Positions 52,278-62,235 are shown, numbered from the stretch's first letter. The stretch: DNA of 64,000 bases from Gaiellaceae bacterium (GCA_035474195.1 DATINO010000080.1:7242-71241); one strand, 5' to 3'. Notes: generated from the sequence alone by a model not told the origin. Translations and numbers: made by a program.

Positions 52278-52895
52278 ATGGGAATCCGCACCTCCTTCTT
52301 CGCTGCGACCTACGACCGCCTGTCGCGCGGGAGCGAGGCAGCAGGTCTGCGCGAGCTGCGCCAGGGCCTGCTCGCCGGCGCGACCGGCCGCGTGCTCGAG
52401 ATCGGCGCCGGAACCGGTGCGAACCTCGGCCTCTACAACGGGACGATCGACGGGCTCGTCGTCACCGAGCCCGAGTCGCCGATGCTCCGCCGGCTGCAGA
52501 AGGCGGCGCACGAGCATATGCCGCTCGCGGAGGTCGTCCAGGCACCCGCCGAGCGCCTCCCCTTCGACGACGATGCGTTCGACACCGTCGTCTCGACGCT
52601 CGTGCTCTGCGGCGTCGACGACCAGGTACAGGCACTGCAGGAGGCGCGCCGCGTGCTCAAGCCCGGCGGTCAGTTGCTCTTCCTCGAGCACGTGCGGTCC
52701 GACGACCCGAGCCTTGCCCGCTTCCAGGACCGGATAAACTGGCTGAACCGCTTCGTCGTCCAGTGCGACTGCAACCGGCAGACGCTCGCGGCGATCGAGG
52801 CGGAGGGTTTCACCGTGTCGCGGCTCGCGCGGACCGAGTTGCCGAAGGCGCCGAAGTTCGTCCGGCCGTTGATCGTCGGTACTGCGCTGACCTAA
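52278..52895 (+). CDS. class I SAM-dependent methyltransferase
   Basis: Motif I VLEIGAGTGANL, post-I VVTEPE, and motif II/III FDTVVSTLVLC...LKPGGQLLFLEH. Confidence 0.85.
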   Translation: MGIRTSFFAATYDRLSRGSEAAGLRELRQGLLAGATGRVLEIGAGTGANLGLYNGTIDGLVVTEPESPMLRRLQKAAHEHMPLAEVVQAPAERLPFDDDAFDTVVSTLVLCGVDDQVQALQEARRVLKPGGQLLFLEHVRSDDPSLARFQDRINWLNRFVVQCDCNRQTLAAIEAEGFTVSRLARTELPKAPKFVRPLIVGTALT

Positions 52896-54127
52896 GGGAG
52901 AACGTCAGCGAGGTCACCATGCCCGCCCGAGCGCGCCCAGCCGAGCGCGCTGCCCCCGTGCAGCTCGTCGAGGATCAGCGGATCGGCGCCGAGGTCGAGC
53001 AACGCGACCACAGCCTCTCTCTGGCCGGACTGGGCGGCGAGGTGAATCGCGGTGACGCCTTGACCATGACTCGGCCCGCCGAACGTGCCGCAGTGATCCG
53101 GGTCGGCGCCCAGCTCGACGAGCGCACGGACGGCGTCGACGCGGCCGTTGACCGCAGCCCACGCGAGCGGCGTGCCGCGGTATGGGTCGGAGTTGACGTG
53201 CGCGCCGAGCTCGACCAGTGTCCGGATCGCGTCGGCGCGGCCCGACTTCGCAGCCCAGACGAGCGCCTCGTCGAGCACTTCCTGCGGATCGTCGGAGGGG
53301 CGCCACACCGGAAACCCGCCGTGCGGACGATAGAAGCCGCGGTGGGCTCCCGCGGCCGGCGTTCCGGCGAGCCGGTGGATCAGCTCGACGTCGCCGAGGC
53401 CCGCGGCGACGCGCAGGTTGCCGGGCTCGCGGCCGAGCAGCTCTGCGACCTCGCGATGCCCCCAGAACAGGGCGGCGACGAGCGGTGTGCCGCCGTCGCC
53501 GCGCGCGAACAGATCGGTGCGCGCGCCGGCTGCGAGCAGCAGCTGCGCGAGCTCACGGTCGTTTCCGTAGCCGGCCTGGTGGAGCTTCGTCCAGCCGTAG
53601 TCGTTCCCGCGGTTGACGTCGGCGCCGCGCTCGAGCAGGAACGACACGATCGACGTGTCGCCCGCCATCCCGAACAGGTCGTTCCCGTTCGTGCCGCGCT
53701 GGACGACGAGATCGGGGAACCGGTCGACGAGCTCGACGAGGCGGTCGCGGTCGTTCGCCTCGATCGCCCGGTACGCGAGCACGAACGGCGTCGGCGGCTC
53801 GTCGCCGCGTCGCATCGCCTCGACGTGGCGGCGCAGCTGCTGCCAGCTCACGTAGCCGTGGCGGCCGGCGAGGTCGCGCCGTGCCTCCGCCACGCTCACG
53901 CCTTCGACCGAGGCGATGCCGTTCGCCCGTCCCTCGTAGTAGTCGAGCTCGACGTGGAACGGCTGCTCGAGCGGAATCCGCTCGACGTACGCCTTGAGCT
54001 TCGGCCAGCTGGCGAAGCCGAGGTCGCGCGCAAGCTCGAACTGTGCATCGGCAAGCTTCACCTGCTGTGCGCGTGCGCGCTCCTTCGCCTGCTTGCGGAG
54101 CTGCTCGAGGTTGAGCTGAAAGGTCAT
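52892..54127 (-). CDS. ankyrin-repeat protein
   Basis: At least 5 repeats of the G-TPL-A---G----V--LL--GAD type (e.g. GTPLAWAAVNGRVDAVRALVELGADP). The N-terminal helical region begins MTFQLNLEQLRKQAKE. Confidence 0.8.
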   Translation of the reverse strand: MTFQLNLEQLRKQAKERARAQQVKLADAQFELARDLGFASWPKLKAYVERIPLEQPFHVELDYYEGRANGIASVEGVSVAEARRDLAGRHGYVSWQQLRRHVEAMRRGDEPPTPFVLAYRAIEANDRDRLVELVDRFPDLVVQRGTNGNDLFGMAGDTSIVSFLLERGADVNRGNDYGWTKLHQAGYGNDRELAQLLLAAGARTDLFARGDGGTPLVAALFWGHREVAELLGREPGNLRVAAGLGDVELIHRLAGTPAAGAHRGFYRPHGGFPVWRPSDDPQEVLDEALVWAAKSGRADAIRTLVELGAHVNSDPYRGTPLAWAAVNGRVDAVRALVELGADPDHCGTFGGPSHGQGVTAIHLAAQSGQREAVVALLDLGADPLILDELHGGSALGWARSGGHGDLADVLP

Positions 54128-54314
54128 TGCGGGCTCCCTTCCGTCGTGCCGGGTGTCCGCCACGGCCGGCCGGAGAGGAAGCTTCTTCGGCACTGCCTCG
54201 AAACTGAGGGTGGGCTCGGCCCTGTCCGCGGACTGGTTGCGGCCCTCACCGCACCTGCGATTCTACCCCTTCATCTGCCGGAATACTTGCGTCCGCAAGT
54301 ACGTTTTCGAAGCC

Positions 54315-55337
54315 ATGAACCTCGGACTCGTCACCTTCGCCGACCTCTATCCGGGCGTCACGCCCGAGCAGCGCATGCAGAACCTGATCGAGGAGGCGCG
54401 GCTCGCGGACGAGCTCGGCCTCACGGTCTTCGCCGTCGGCGAGCACCATCGTCCCGACTACCTGGTCAGCTCCCCGACGACGGCGCTCGCCGCGATCGCG
54501 GCGGTCACGAAGCAGATCCGTCTCGCGAGCGCGGTCACCGTGCTGTCGTCGGACGACCCGGTGCGCGTGTTCCAGCAGTTCGCGCACGTCGACCTCATCT
54601 CCGGCGGCCGCGCCGAGATCATCGCCGGCCGCGGCTCGTTCATCGAGTCGTTCCCGCTCTTCGGCTACGACCTGCACGACTACGACGAGCTGTTCGACGA
54701 GAAGCTCGAGCTGCTGCTCGCGATCCGCGACCAGGAACGCGTGACGTGGGAAGGCAAGCATCGCGCGCCGCTCGACGACGTTGGCGTGTGGCCGCGGCCG
54801 GTGCAGGAGCAGCTGCCCGTGTGGGTTGCCGTCGGCGGCACGCCCGAGTCGGTCGTGCGCGCCGCGCGGCTCGGCCTGCCGCTCGCGCTCGCGATCATCG
54901 GCGGCCAGACCGCGCGCTTCGCGCCGTTCGCCGAGCTCTACCGTCGCGTATGGAGCGACGCAGGCCACGAGGGAGAACCGCGGATCGCGATCAACACGCA
55001 CGCGTTCGTCGCCGACTCGCGCAAAGACGCCGACCGCGCTTTCGCTTCGGGCTACCTCGGCGTCATGAACCGCATCGGCCGCGAGCGCGGTTGGCCGCCG
55101 TCAGGGCGTGCCGAGTACGACGCGCTCGCAGGCCCGGCCGGGCCGCTCGCGATCGGCTCACCGGAAGAGGTCGCCGAGAAGATCGTCGGCGTGCACGAGC
55201 TGTTCCGTCCGGAGCGCTACCTCGCGCACCTGAGCATCGGCGCCGTCGAGCATCGCGACGTGATGCGTGCGATCGAGCTGTTCGGCACCAAGGTTGCGCC
55301 GCTCGTCGACGCTGAGTTAGCTGTCAGCCGCGCGTGA
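54315..55337 (+). CDS. LLM-class (luciferase-like) flavin-dependent oxidoreductase
   Basis: FAVGEHHRPDYLVSSP...IRLASAVTVLSSDDPVRVFQQFA...ISGGRAEIIAGRGS is typical of the LLM family. Start trimmed to ATG 54315. Confidence 0.85.
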   Translation: MNLGLVTFADLYPGVTPEQRMQNLIEEARLADELGLTVFAVGEHHRPDYLVSSPTTALAAIAAVTKQIRLASAVTVLSSDDPVRVFQQFAHVDLISGGRAEIIAGRGSFIESFPLFGYDLHDYDELFDEKLELLLAIRDQERVTWEGKHRAPLDDVGVWPRPVQEQLPVWVAVGGTPESVVRAARLGLPLALAIIGGQTARFAPFAELYRRVWSDAGHEGEPRIAINTHAFVADSRKDADRAFASGYLGVMNRIGRERGWPPSGRAEYDALAGPAGPLAIGSPEEVAEKIVGVHELFRPERYLAHLSIGAVEHRDVMRAIELFGTKVAPLVDAELAVSRA

Positions 55338-56000
55338 AGCAAGCCCGCGCACGATCACATCGAGTCCGAACTCGAAGCGGTCCGCGGTCGAGGTGAGCGC
55401 GCCCGCGAGCGCGACGATGTTCGAGAAGCGGTCGGGCGGCAGCTCCTCGAAGTACGAGCGCAGTTGGTCGACGAACGCCGGATCGAAGTCCATCAGCGTC
55501 TCCTCGTACGAGACGGATCCGACGTAGAGCGCGAGCAGGTCGACCCCGAGCGCGATCACCTCCTCGGGCACGTCAGCTGCGCGTAGCCGGCCGAGCGCCG
55601 CGTCCATCATCGTCAGCGCGTTCTCGCCCTGCGGCACGCGGGCGAGCGTGGCCTGTGCGATGTCGCGGTGTGACGCGAACACGCGCCGCATCTCACGTGC
55701 GATCGCCCGCACCTGCTCCGGCCAGGGCAAGTCGGCGGGAATCGACGAGAGGTCGATCTCGCCGATCACGCGGTCGAGGAGCAGGTCGACGAGCTCGTCC
55801 TTGTCGCGCACGTAGGTGTAGAGCGCGGTGCCGCTCGTGCCGAGCTCCTGGGCGACCCGGCGGATCGTCACGGCGTCGAGGCCCTCCGCGTCCAGCACCC
55901 GCAGCGCGGCGTCGACGACCGCGTCGCGGTCGAGGCTGCGACGGCGTCCGCTCTGCCGCTCGGGGCGGGGGCGGGCGGGCGGGAGAGGCAGGTCGCTCAT
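55317..56000 (-). CDS. TetR/AcrR-family transcriptional regulator
   Basis: HTH: LDAVTIRRVAQELGTSGTALYTYVRDKDEL. Divergent from an MFS efflux gene. Confidence 0.9.
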   Translation of the reverse strand: MSDLPLPPARPRPERQSGRRRSLDRDAVVDAALRVLDAEGLDAVTIRRVAQELGTSGTALYTYVRDKDELVDLLLDRVIGEIDLSSIPADLPWPEQVRAIAREMRRVFASHRDIAQATLARVPQGENALTMMDAALGRLRAADVPEEVIALGVDLLALYVGSVSYEETLMDFDPAFVDQLRSYFEELPPDRFSNIVALAGALTSTADRFEFGLDVIVRGLASRAADS

Positions 56001-56017
56001 GCATTTGACATCGTACT

Positions 56018-56050
56018 ACAGTGTTCGGTAACGTTGTAACGTAACACTGT
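56018..56050. promoter_or_regulatory. candidate TetR operator: inverted repeat ACAGTGTT-N17-AACACTGT
   Basis: Perfect 8-bp arms at 56018-25 and 56043-50, plus internal GTAACG repeats, in the 75-nt AT-richer gap between the divergent TetR and MFS genes. Confidence 0.45.
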
Positions 56051-56075
56051 TCACGAACGATGTAAGGAGCTTCTC

Positions 56076-57494
56076 ATGACCCCACATCCCCGCCGTTGGC
56101 TCATCCTCTACGTCCTGCTCGTGGCCGAGGTCATGGACCTCCTCGACAGCACGATCGTCAACGTCGCCGTGCCGCGGATCCGTGACGACCTGGGCGCCTC
56201 CGCGTCCCAGCTCCAGTGGATCGTCGGCGCCTACCCGCTCGCGATCGCGGCCGGCCTCATGGTCGGCGCGCGACTCGGCGACCTCCTCGGCCGGCAGCGG
56301 CTCTTCGTCGCCGGCGCTGCGGGGTTCACCGCGGCGTCCTTCGCCTGCGGGCTCGCTCCGTCGCCGTCGGCGCTGATCGCATTCCGCATCGTCCAGGGCC
56401 TCGCGGCCGCGGCGATGATCCCGCAAGGCTTCGGGATCCTGCGGACGCTGTTCCCGCGCGACGAGCTGCCGAAGGCGTTCGCCGTCTTCGGCCCCGTGAT
56501 CGGCTCGGCGGCGATCGTCGGCCCGATCATCGGTGGCGGCCTCGTCGATCTCGACCTGTTCGGCACGGACTGGCGGCTCGTCTTCTACGTGAACGTGCCG
56601 CTCGGCATCGCGGCCATCGTCGGCTCGCTGTTGCTGATCCCGAACGTGCGCGCACCGCACGCGCGTCGTCTCGATCCGGTGGGCGCGGTGCTCGCCGCGG
56701 CCGGGATGGCGTCGATCGTCTATCCCCTCATCCAAGGACGTGAGGCCGGCTGGCCGACGTGGGTGTTCGCGATGATCGGGCTCGGTCTTGCGCTGTTGGT
56801 CATGTTCGTCGCGCATCAGGAACTCCGCTCGCGGCGCGGCCTCGAGACGCTCGTCGAGCCGAGCCTGTTCCGCTTGCGCGGCTACACGTCGGGCCTGCTC
56901 CTCATGCAGGTGTACTTCGCGTCCGCGATCGGGTTGATGTTCACGCTGACGCTGTTCCTGCAGCTCGGTCAGGGCTACTCGCCGGTTCGCTCTGGGCTGG
57001 CGCTCGCACCGTGGGCGCTCGGGACGGCAGTCGGTGCCGGGCTCGGCGCCGCGCTGCTCGCGCCGAGGTTCGGGCGTGGCGTGCTGCAGATGGGCACGCT
57101 CGTCACCGCCGTCGGCGTCGTACTGCTCGTCGCACTCGTCGGACACGGAGGCTCGACGCCGTACTGGGCGATCGTGCCCGGCGCGTTCCTCGGCGGGCTC
57201 GGCTTCGGGCTCGTCGTCGCACCGCTCTTCGACGTCGTGCTCGCGGCGGTCGACGATCGTGCCGTCGGCCCGGCGTCCGGAATCCTCAACGCGTTCCAGC
57301 AGCTCTCCGGCGCATTCGGCGTCGCGCTGCTCGGAACACTGTTCTTCGATGCGCTCGGCCGTGGGCATTTCCACCGCGCGCTGTCGCAGACGCTCTGGGT
57401 GGAGGCGGGACTCTGCGTGCTCGCACTGGTCCTGTCGCCGCTCTTGCCGCCCAAGCCGCGGCCCGAGGGCGAGGCACTCCTGCTCGCCGACTGA
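56076..57494 (+). CDS. MFS transporter, DHA2/EmrB-like (14 TM) drug-efflux type
   Basis: IVNVAVPRI and GARLGDLLGRQRLF (motif A). AAGGAG Shine-Dalgarno. Confidence 0.9.
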   Translation: MTPHPRRWLILYVLLVAEVMDLLDSTIVNVAVPRIRDDLGASASQLQWIVGAYPLAIAAGLMVGARLGDLLGRQRLFVAGAAGFTAASFACGLAPSPSALIAFRIVQGLAAAAMIPQGFGILRTLFPRDELPKAFAVFGPVIGSAAIVGPIIGGGLVDLDLFGTDWRLVFYVNVPLGIAAIVGSLLLIPNVRAPHARRLDPVGAVLAAAGMASIVYPLIQGREAGWPTWVFAMIGLGLALLVMFVAHQELRSRRGLETLVEPSLFRLRGYTSGLLLMQVYFASAIGLMFTLTLFLQLGQGYSPVRSGLALAPWALGTAVGAGLGAALLAPRFGRGVLQMGTLVTAVGVVLLVALVGHGGSTPYWAIVPGAFLGGLGFGLVVAPLFDVVLAAVDDRAVGPASGILNAFQQLSGAFGVALLGTLFFDALGRGHFHRALSQTLWVEAGLCVLALVLSPLLPPKPRPEGEALLLAD

Positions 57495-57515
57495 CAAAAC
57501 GAAAGGAGAGAACCA

Positions 57516-57941
57516 ATGACCATCAACACCATTCGCGCCCACAACCGCTCGGTCAAGCACGTCGGTGCTTGGACCACCGCACGGACGTTCGACGTGCGAG
57601 CCTCCCGCAGCAGCATCGTGCTCGACCTGCTGCTGCCGGAGCTCGAGCCGGGAGAGATCGAGATCAATCTCGACCTCGACCACTCGATGCTCAAGCTGCT
57701 CGTTCCCGGCGGGACGGTGATCGACGACGGCGATCTCCGCCGCGTCGGCCGCGGGCGCGTCAAGGACTGGACGGGCACGCCGGCGCCCGGCGGACGCGTC
57801 GTCAAGCTCACGGGCGAGATCCGAAGTGGTGAGGTGCGCGTGCACCGTGGAGGAGTTGCGATCCTCTCGCTGCTCGCATCGCGGGCGCACCGTCAGGTGC
57901 GCGAAGCCCAGAAGGCGGGACGGCTCGAGTCCGCCGCATAA
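57516..57941 (+). CDS. hypothetical protein (LiaF-C/DUF2154-like beta-rich domain)
   Basis: 141 aa with AGGAGAG Shine-Dalgarno. The pattern SSIVLDLLLPE...IEINLDLDHSMLKLLVPGG resembles cell-wall-stress LiaF C-terminal domains only loosely. Confidence 0.5.
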   Translation: MTINTIRAHNRSVKHVGAWTTARTFDVRASRSSIVLDLLLPELEPGEIEINLDLDHSMLKLLVPGGTVIDDGDLRRVGRGRVKDWTGTPAPGGRVVKLTGEIRSGEVRVHRGGVAILSLLASRAHRQVREAQKAGRLESAA

Positions 57942-57958
57942 CGGCAAGGAGGACGGAG

Positions 57959-58444
57959 ATGAACGACTACGACCGGCGGTCGGAGGCGCTGTGGGCGACG
58001 ATCGACGAGTACGACGACGAAGACGCCTTCCGCGCCAAGGTCGCCGAGCTCGTCGCCGAGCTTCCGTCGGACAGCCCGATTGCGTCATTCGAGCGTGCAT
58101 GTGCGTGGGACTCGACAGGGCACCCGGATCGCGCAATCCCGCTCTACCGCCTCGCCCTCGAGCAAGGGCTCGAGGGCGAGCGGCGGCGGCGCGCGGTGAT
58201 CCAGATGTCGAGCTCGCTGCGCAACATGGGCGAGGCGGAGGAGAGCGTCAGGCTGCTCACCGCCGAGCGTGCGCGCCCATCGGACTCGCTCGACGATGCG
58301 GTCAGCGCGTTTCTCGCACTCGCGCTCGTCGACAGCGGACGCGAGCGTGAGGCTGTGTCGCTCGCGCTCGGTGCGCTCGCCCCTCACCTGCCGCGCTACC
58401 AGCGCTCGCTCGGCAACTACGCCCGCGACCTGGTGGAGGAGTGA
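57959..58444 (+). CDS. tetratricopeptide-repeat-like helical protein
   Basis: 161 aa with AAGGAGGA Shine-Dalgarno and TPR-like helices (AIPLYRLALEQGLEG...). Confidence 0.6.
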   Translation: MNDYDRRSEALWATIDEYDDEDAFRAKVAELVAELPSDSPIASFERACAWDSTGHPDRAIPLYRLALEQGLEGERRRRAVIQMSSSLRNMGEAEESVRLLTAERARPSDSLDDAVSAFLALALVDSGREREAVSLALGALAPHLPRYQRSLGNYARDLVEE

Positions 58445-59442
58445 GCGTGCGGCGCGCGTTGATCCTCGGCGGGACGGGCCTGGTCGGGCGTGCGGCCGCG
58501 CGCCATCTGCTTGCCGCCGGCTGGCAGGTCGACGTCACCGGCCGCGACGCGACGCGCAACACGATCGCCGAAGCCCGGTTCGTCCCGGCCGACCGTCAGG
58601 ATGCAGCCGGACTGCGTGCGGCGGTCGGCGGGGGCGTCGACCTATTGGTCGACTGCATCTGTTACACGGCGGCGGAGGCGCGCTTGCTCGTGCCGCTCCT
58701 GGACGACGTCGGCTCGACGGTGCTGATCTCGAGCAAGGCGGTCTACGTCGACGATGCCGGCCGGCACTCCAACTCCGACGAGCCGCCGTCCTTCGATGCA
58801 CCGATCACCGAAGCGCAGCCGACGCTTCCGCCGGGTGACGGCGACTACCGGACGCGCGAGGGCTACGGCGCGAACAAGGTCGCCGCCGAGCGCGTGCTGC
58901 TCGACAGCGGGCGGCCCGTGACGGTGCTGCGGCCGTCGAAGATCCACGGTGAAGGAGCAGCGCCGCCGAGGGAGTGGGTCTTCGTCAAGCGTGTGCTCGA
59001 CCGGCGCCCCGCCGTTCTGCTCGCACGTCGCGGTGTGGGCGTCGACCATCCGACCGCAGCGGCGAACATCGCTGCCCTCATCGGGACCGTCGCCGACAAG
59101 CCGGGTGCGCGCATCCTCAACAGCGCCGATCCCGATGCGCCGAGCGGCCTCGAGATCGCGCGTACGATCGCCCGCCATCTCGATCACCGGTGGGAGGAGG
59201 TCCTCGTCGACGGTGACGAGGTCGGGAGGCATCCCTGGGACAAGGTGCCGCCGTTCGTCCTCGACATGACCGCCGCTCTCGAACTGGGCTACGTGCCGGT
59301 CGGCGACTACGCCGCGACGGTCGTCGAGGAGATCGACTGGCTCGTCGCAGGCAACGAGCCCGATTCCGACTTCTTCGAAGGCCTCTTCGACTACGCCGCC
59401 GAGGACCGCTTCCTCGCGAGAAGTTCGGCTAGCCGCACGTAG
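58441..59442 (+). CDS. NAD-dependent epimerase/dehydratase-family (extended SDR) protein
   Basis: Rossmann motif ALILGGTGLVGRAAARHL and a YxxxK context (YGANKVAAE). Confidence 0.8.
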   Translation: MSVRRALILGGTGLVGRAAARHLLAAGWQVDVTGRDATRNTIAEARFVPADRQDAAGLRAAVGGGVDLLVDCICYTAAEARLLVPLLDDVGSTVLISSKAVYVDDAGRHSNSDEPPSFDAPITEAQPTLPPGDGDYRTREGYGANKVAAERVLLDSGRPVTVLRPSKIHGEGAAPPREWVFVKRVLDRRPAVLLARRGVGVDHPTAAANIAALIGTVADKPGARILNSADPDAPSGLEIARTIARHLDHRWEEVLVDGDEVGRHPWDKVPPFVLDMTAALELGYVPVGDYAATVVEEIDWLVAGNEPDSDFFEGLFDYAAEDRFLARSSASRT

Positions 59443-59522
59443 GGACGCCGGGGCGCCGTACGCGCGGTCGCGCCGGCGCCCGCAACGATCGACGGACGGA
59501 GCAACGAACGGAGGAGTTCGCC

Positions 59523-60896
59523 ATGCACACGACCGCCCAGTTCTCGATCGACGCCCTTCGCGCACAGCTCGAGGGCGCAGTGATCGGCCCCGACGACAGT
59601 GACTATGACGCTGCGCGCAGGGTGGTGCTGCCTTCCATCGACCGTCGCCCGGCTGCTGTCGTCCGGCCTGTCGACGCGGATGAGGTAAGTCACGTCGTTT
59701 CGCTCGTGCGCGAGACCGGTGTCGAGCTCGCAGTGCGGGGAGGGGGCCACAGCTACGCAGGCCACAGCACCAGTGAGGGAGGCATCGTGCTCGACCTGCG
59801 CGAGCTCACCGCGCTCGAGCTCGACCCGGGCGAGCGCGTCGTTCGCGCTGCGGGCGGCCTCACGTCGGGCGATGTCACGACTGCAGCCGGAGCGCACGGC
59901 CTTGCAGTTGGATTCGGCGATACGCCGACCGTCGGGATCGGCGGTCTCACGCTCGGCGGCGGTGTCGGCTACCTCGTGCGCAAGCACGGCCTGACGATCG
60001 ATCATCTGCTCGGAGCCGAAGTCGTGACCGCCGACGGCCGCATTCTCGACGTCGACGAGACGCGCGAGCCCGACCTCTTCTGGGCGATTCGCGGCGGCGG
60101 CGGCAACTTCGGCGTCGTGACGCGCTTCGACTATCGACTGCACCCGGTGGGCACGGTTACCGGCGGGATGCTCGCGATCCCCGCGACACCGGAGACGCTT
60201 GCCGGGCTCGTCGAGGTCGCGGACGCCGCGCCCGACGAGCTGTCACTGATCGCCAACATCCTCGGCGCGGCGCCGCCGCTGCCGTTCGTCCCGCAAGAGC
60301 AGGTCGGCAAGCCGCTCATCCTCGCGCTGCTCGTCCACTCCGGGCCGCTCGACGAAGGCGAGAGGGCTGTTGCACCCCTGCGCGAGCTGGCGCCGGTAGC
60401 CGACTTCGTGCGCGCGATGCCGTACGCGGAGATGTTCACGATGGATGCGCCCGAGGCACCGCCGCGCGCCGTCACGAACACGTTCTTCTCGGATTCGTTC
60501 GGCGTGGACGATGCGCGCGAGCTGCTCGAACGCTTGCAGGCTTCGACTGCGCTGCTGGCGGCCGCGCAGATCCGCGTGCTCGGAGGCGCGGTTTCGCGCA
60601 TCCCGGATGACGCGACCGCGTACGCGCACCGGCAGCGTCGGATCATCGTCAACGTCGCTGCGATCTATGCGTCGCCGGCGGAGGACGCGGTTCACCGCAC
60701 GTGGGTCGATGATGCAGCAGCAGCGCTCCGGCGTGGTGAAGACACGGCGTACGTCAACTTCCTCGGTCCGGAAGGCGCCGAGCGCGTCCGCGCCGCGTAT
60801 CCGGGGGCGACGTGGGATCGTCTCGCCGACATCAAGCGCCGCTACGACCCGAGCAACGTGTTCCGCGTAAACCAGAACGTGCCGCCGCGGCGATGA
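59523..60896 (+). CDS. FAD-binding oxidoreductase, PCMH-type with BBE-like C-terminus
   Basis: VRGGGHSYAGHS and WAIRGGGGNFGVVT. C-terminal YVNF...RLADIKRRYDPSNVFRVNQNV (BBE domain). Confidence 0.85.
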   Translation: MHTTAQFSIDALRAQLEGAVIGPDDSDYDAARRVVLPSIDRRPAAVVRPVDADEVSHVVSLVRETGVELAVRGGGHSYAGHSTSEGGIVLDLRELTALELDPGERVVRAAGGLTSGDVTTAAGAHGLAVGFGDTPTVGIGGLTLGGGVGYLVRKHGLTIDHLLGAEVVTADGRILDVDETREPDLFWAIRGGGGNFGVVTRFDYRLHPVGTVTGGMLAIPATPETLAGLVEVADAAPDELSLIANILGAAPPLPFVPQEQVGKPLILALLVHSGPLDEGERAVAPLRELAPVADFVRAMPYAEMFTMDAPEAPPRAVTNTFFSDSFGVDDARELLERLQASTALLAAAQIRVLGGAVSRIPDDATAYAHRQRRIIVNVAAIYASPAEDAVHRTWVDDAAAALRRGEDTAYVNFLGPEGAERVRAAYPGATWDRLADIKRRYDPSNVFRVNQNVPPRR

Positions 60897-60956
60897 GTCA
60901 CGATGCTGCTCGGGGTCGTATTCACCGACACTCGAACCGAAGCGGAGGTCGCAGCG

Positions 60957-61352
60957 ATGGACTGGACACTCGAAGTCGTCGTCGTGCCTGTCACGGACGT
61001 CGATCGCGCGAAGGCGTTCTACACGGAGAAGCTGGGGTTCAACGTCGACGTCGACACGACCGTCGGGGATGCCTTTCGCGTGGTGCAGCTGACGCCGCCC
61101 GGCTCCGGCTGCTCGATCACGATCGGCCCGCTCGTCGTGGACCACGTCCCCGAGTCGTCCGCCCGCTACCAGTTGTGCGTCCTCGACATCGAGCGGGCGC
61201 GCGCCCAGCTCGTCGATCGTGGTGTCGACGTGGGCGAGATCACGAGCTTCTCCGGGGGCGGGGCATACGACAGGTTCATCTTCTTGACGGACCCCGACGG
61301 CAACAACTGGGCGGTGCAGGAGGTTCCCGCGACGCGCCCAGCGTTGCCGTGA
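60957..61352 (+). CDS. VOC-family (glyoxalase/bleomycin-resistance fold) protein
   Basis: VVVPVTDVDRAKAFYTEKLGF...FLTDPDGNNWAVQE. GGAGG lies 8 nt before ATG 60957. Confidence 0.8.
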   Translation: MDWTLEVVVVPVTDVDRAKAFYTEKLGFNVDVDTTVGDAFRVVQLTPPGSGCSITIGPLVVDHVPESSARYQLCVLDIERARAQLVDRGVDVGEITSFSGGGAYDRFIFLTDPDGNNWAVQEVPATRPALP

Positions 61353-61361
61353 CGTGGTCGA

Positions 61362-61748
61362 TCAGTGCGCGTGTGTTGCGGTGCGATAGCTGTAGCCGCC
61401 CTGCTGGACCGTGGTGAGCCCGAGGAAGATCGCGGCGAGGCCGACGATCACGTGGGGCACCCATACGTTCGCCGAGTTGTCGGCGAAGCCGAACAGCCAC
61501 GGCGATGCGGCGAGTAGCGCGCCGGCCGCGATGTCGATCAGGTTGTGCACCGCCATCGGTGCGACCTTCCAGACGCCGAGCTCGTAGTTCGTGAAAAGGC
61601 TGTAGACGATCAGCCCGATGCCGAGCACGATCGGCACCACCGTGGCGGCGGCGTGGTCGGAGAACTGGAAGATCCAGGGCGCTGCGATCAACGCGGCGCC
61701 GACGATGTAATCGAGCGGTGCGTGGAACTTGGTCGGGATAAAGCGCAT
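61362..61748 (-). CDS. SPW-repeat membrane protein
   Basis: Two repeats with AAPWIF and ASPWLF motifs in a four-TM protein. Start trimmed to ATG 61748. Confidence 0.65.
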   Translation of the reverse strand: MRFIPTKFHAPLDYIVGAALIAAPWIFQFSDHAAATVVPIVLGIGLIVYSLFTNYELGVWKVAPMAVHNLIDIAAGALLAASPWLFGFADNSANVWVPHVIVGLAAIFLGLTTVQQGGYSYRTATHAH

Positions 61749-61827
61749 GACACTCCTTTGGGGCGAACGAGTCGCTGTCGAGGTACGGCTCTCATTCGCC
61801 CCGGAGTGCACTTCGGTTCGGTGAGGT

Positions 61828-62175
61828 CTACTGCTGCGCCGCGACGCCGATCCTGTGCCCGAGCGGGTCGGCGAGCACGCCGAACGTGACGCCGGGAACC
61901 TCTTGCGCCGGCTGGATGATGCTGCCGCCGAGCTCCTCCGCTTTCGCGAGCGCGGCCGAGACGTCCGAGACGCCGACGAAGAACAGCACCGCGTCGGCGT
62001 CGCCCTGCAGCGGGCTGATCGCCGTCGGCAATGCGCCCTCGTAGGCGGGATCGACGAACGTGTACCCGGGATAGGCGCCGTCCGAGTAGCTCCAGCCGAA
62101 CAGGCCGGCGAAGAACGCGCGCGTCGCGTCCGGATCGGTCGACCTGATCTCCGCATGAACGACCGGGTGGGCCAT
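61828..62175 (-). CDS. VOC-family (glyoxalase-like) protein
   Basis: VVHAEIRSTDPDATRAFFAGLFGW...GVLADPLGHRIGV. Confidence 0.8.
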   Translation of the reverse strand: MAHPVVHAEIRSTDPDATRAFFAGLFGWSYSDGAYPGYTFVDPAYEGALPTAISPLQGDADAVLFFVGVSDVSAALAKAEELGGSIIQPAQEVPGVTFGVLADPLGHRIGVAAQQ

Positions 62176-62235
62176 GTCTTCCTCCTTCTCGTTGTCGACA
62201 CACGACGAACGAGCCGGAGGGAAATCGACAGTCCG

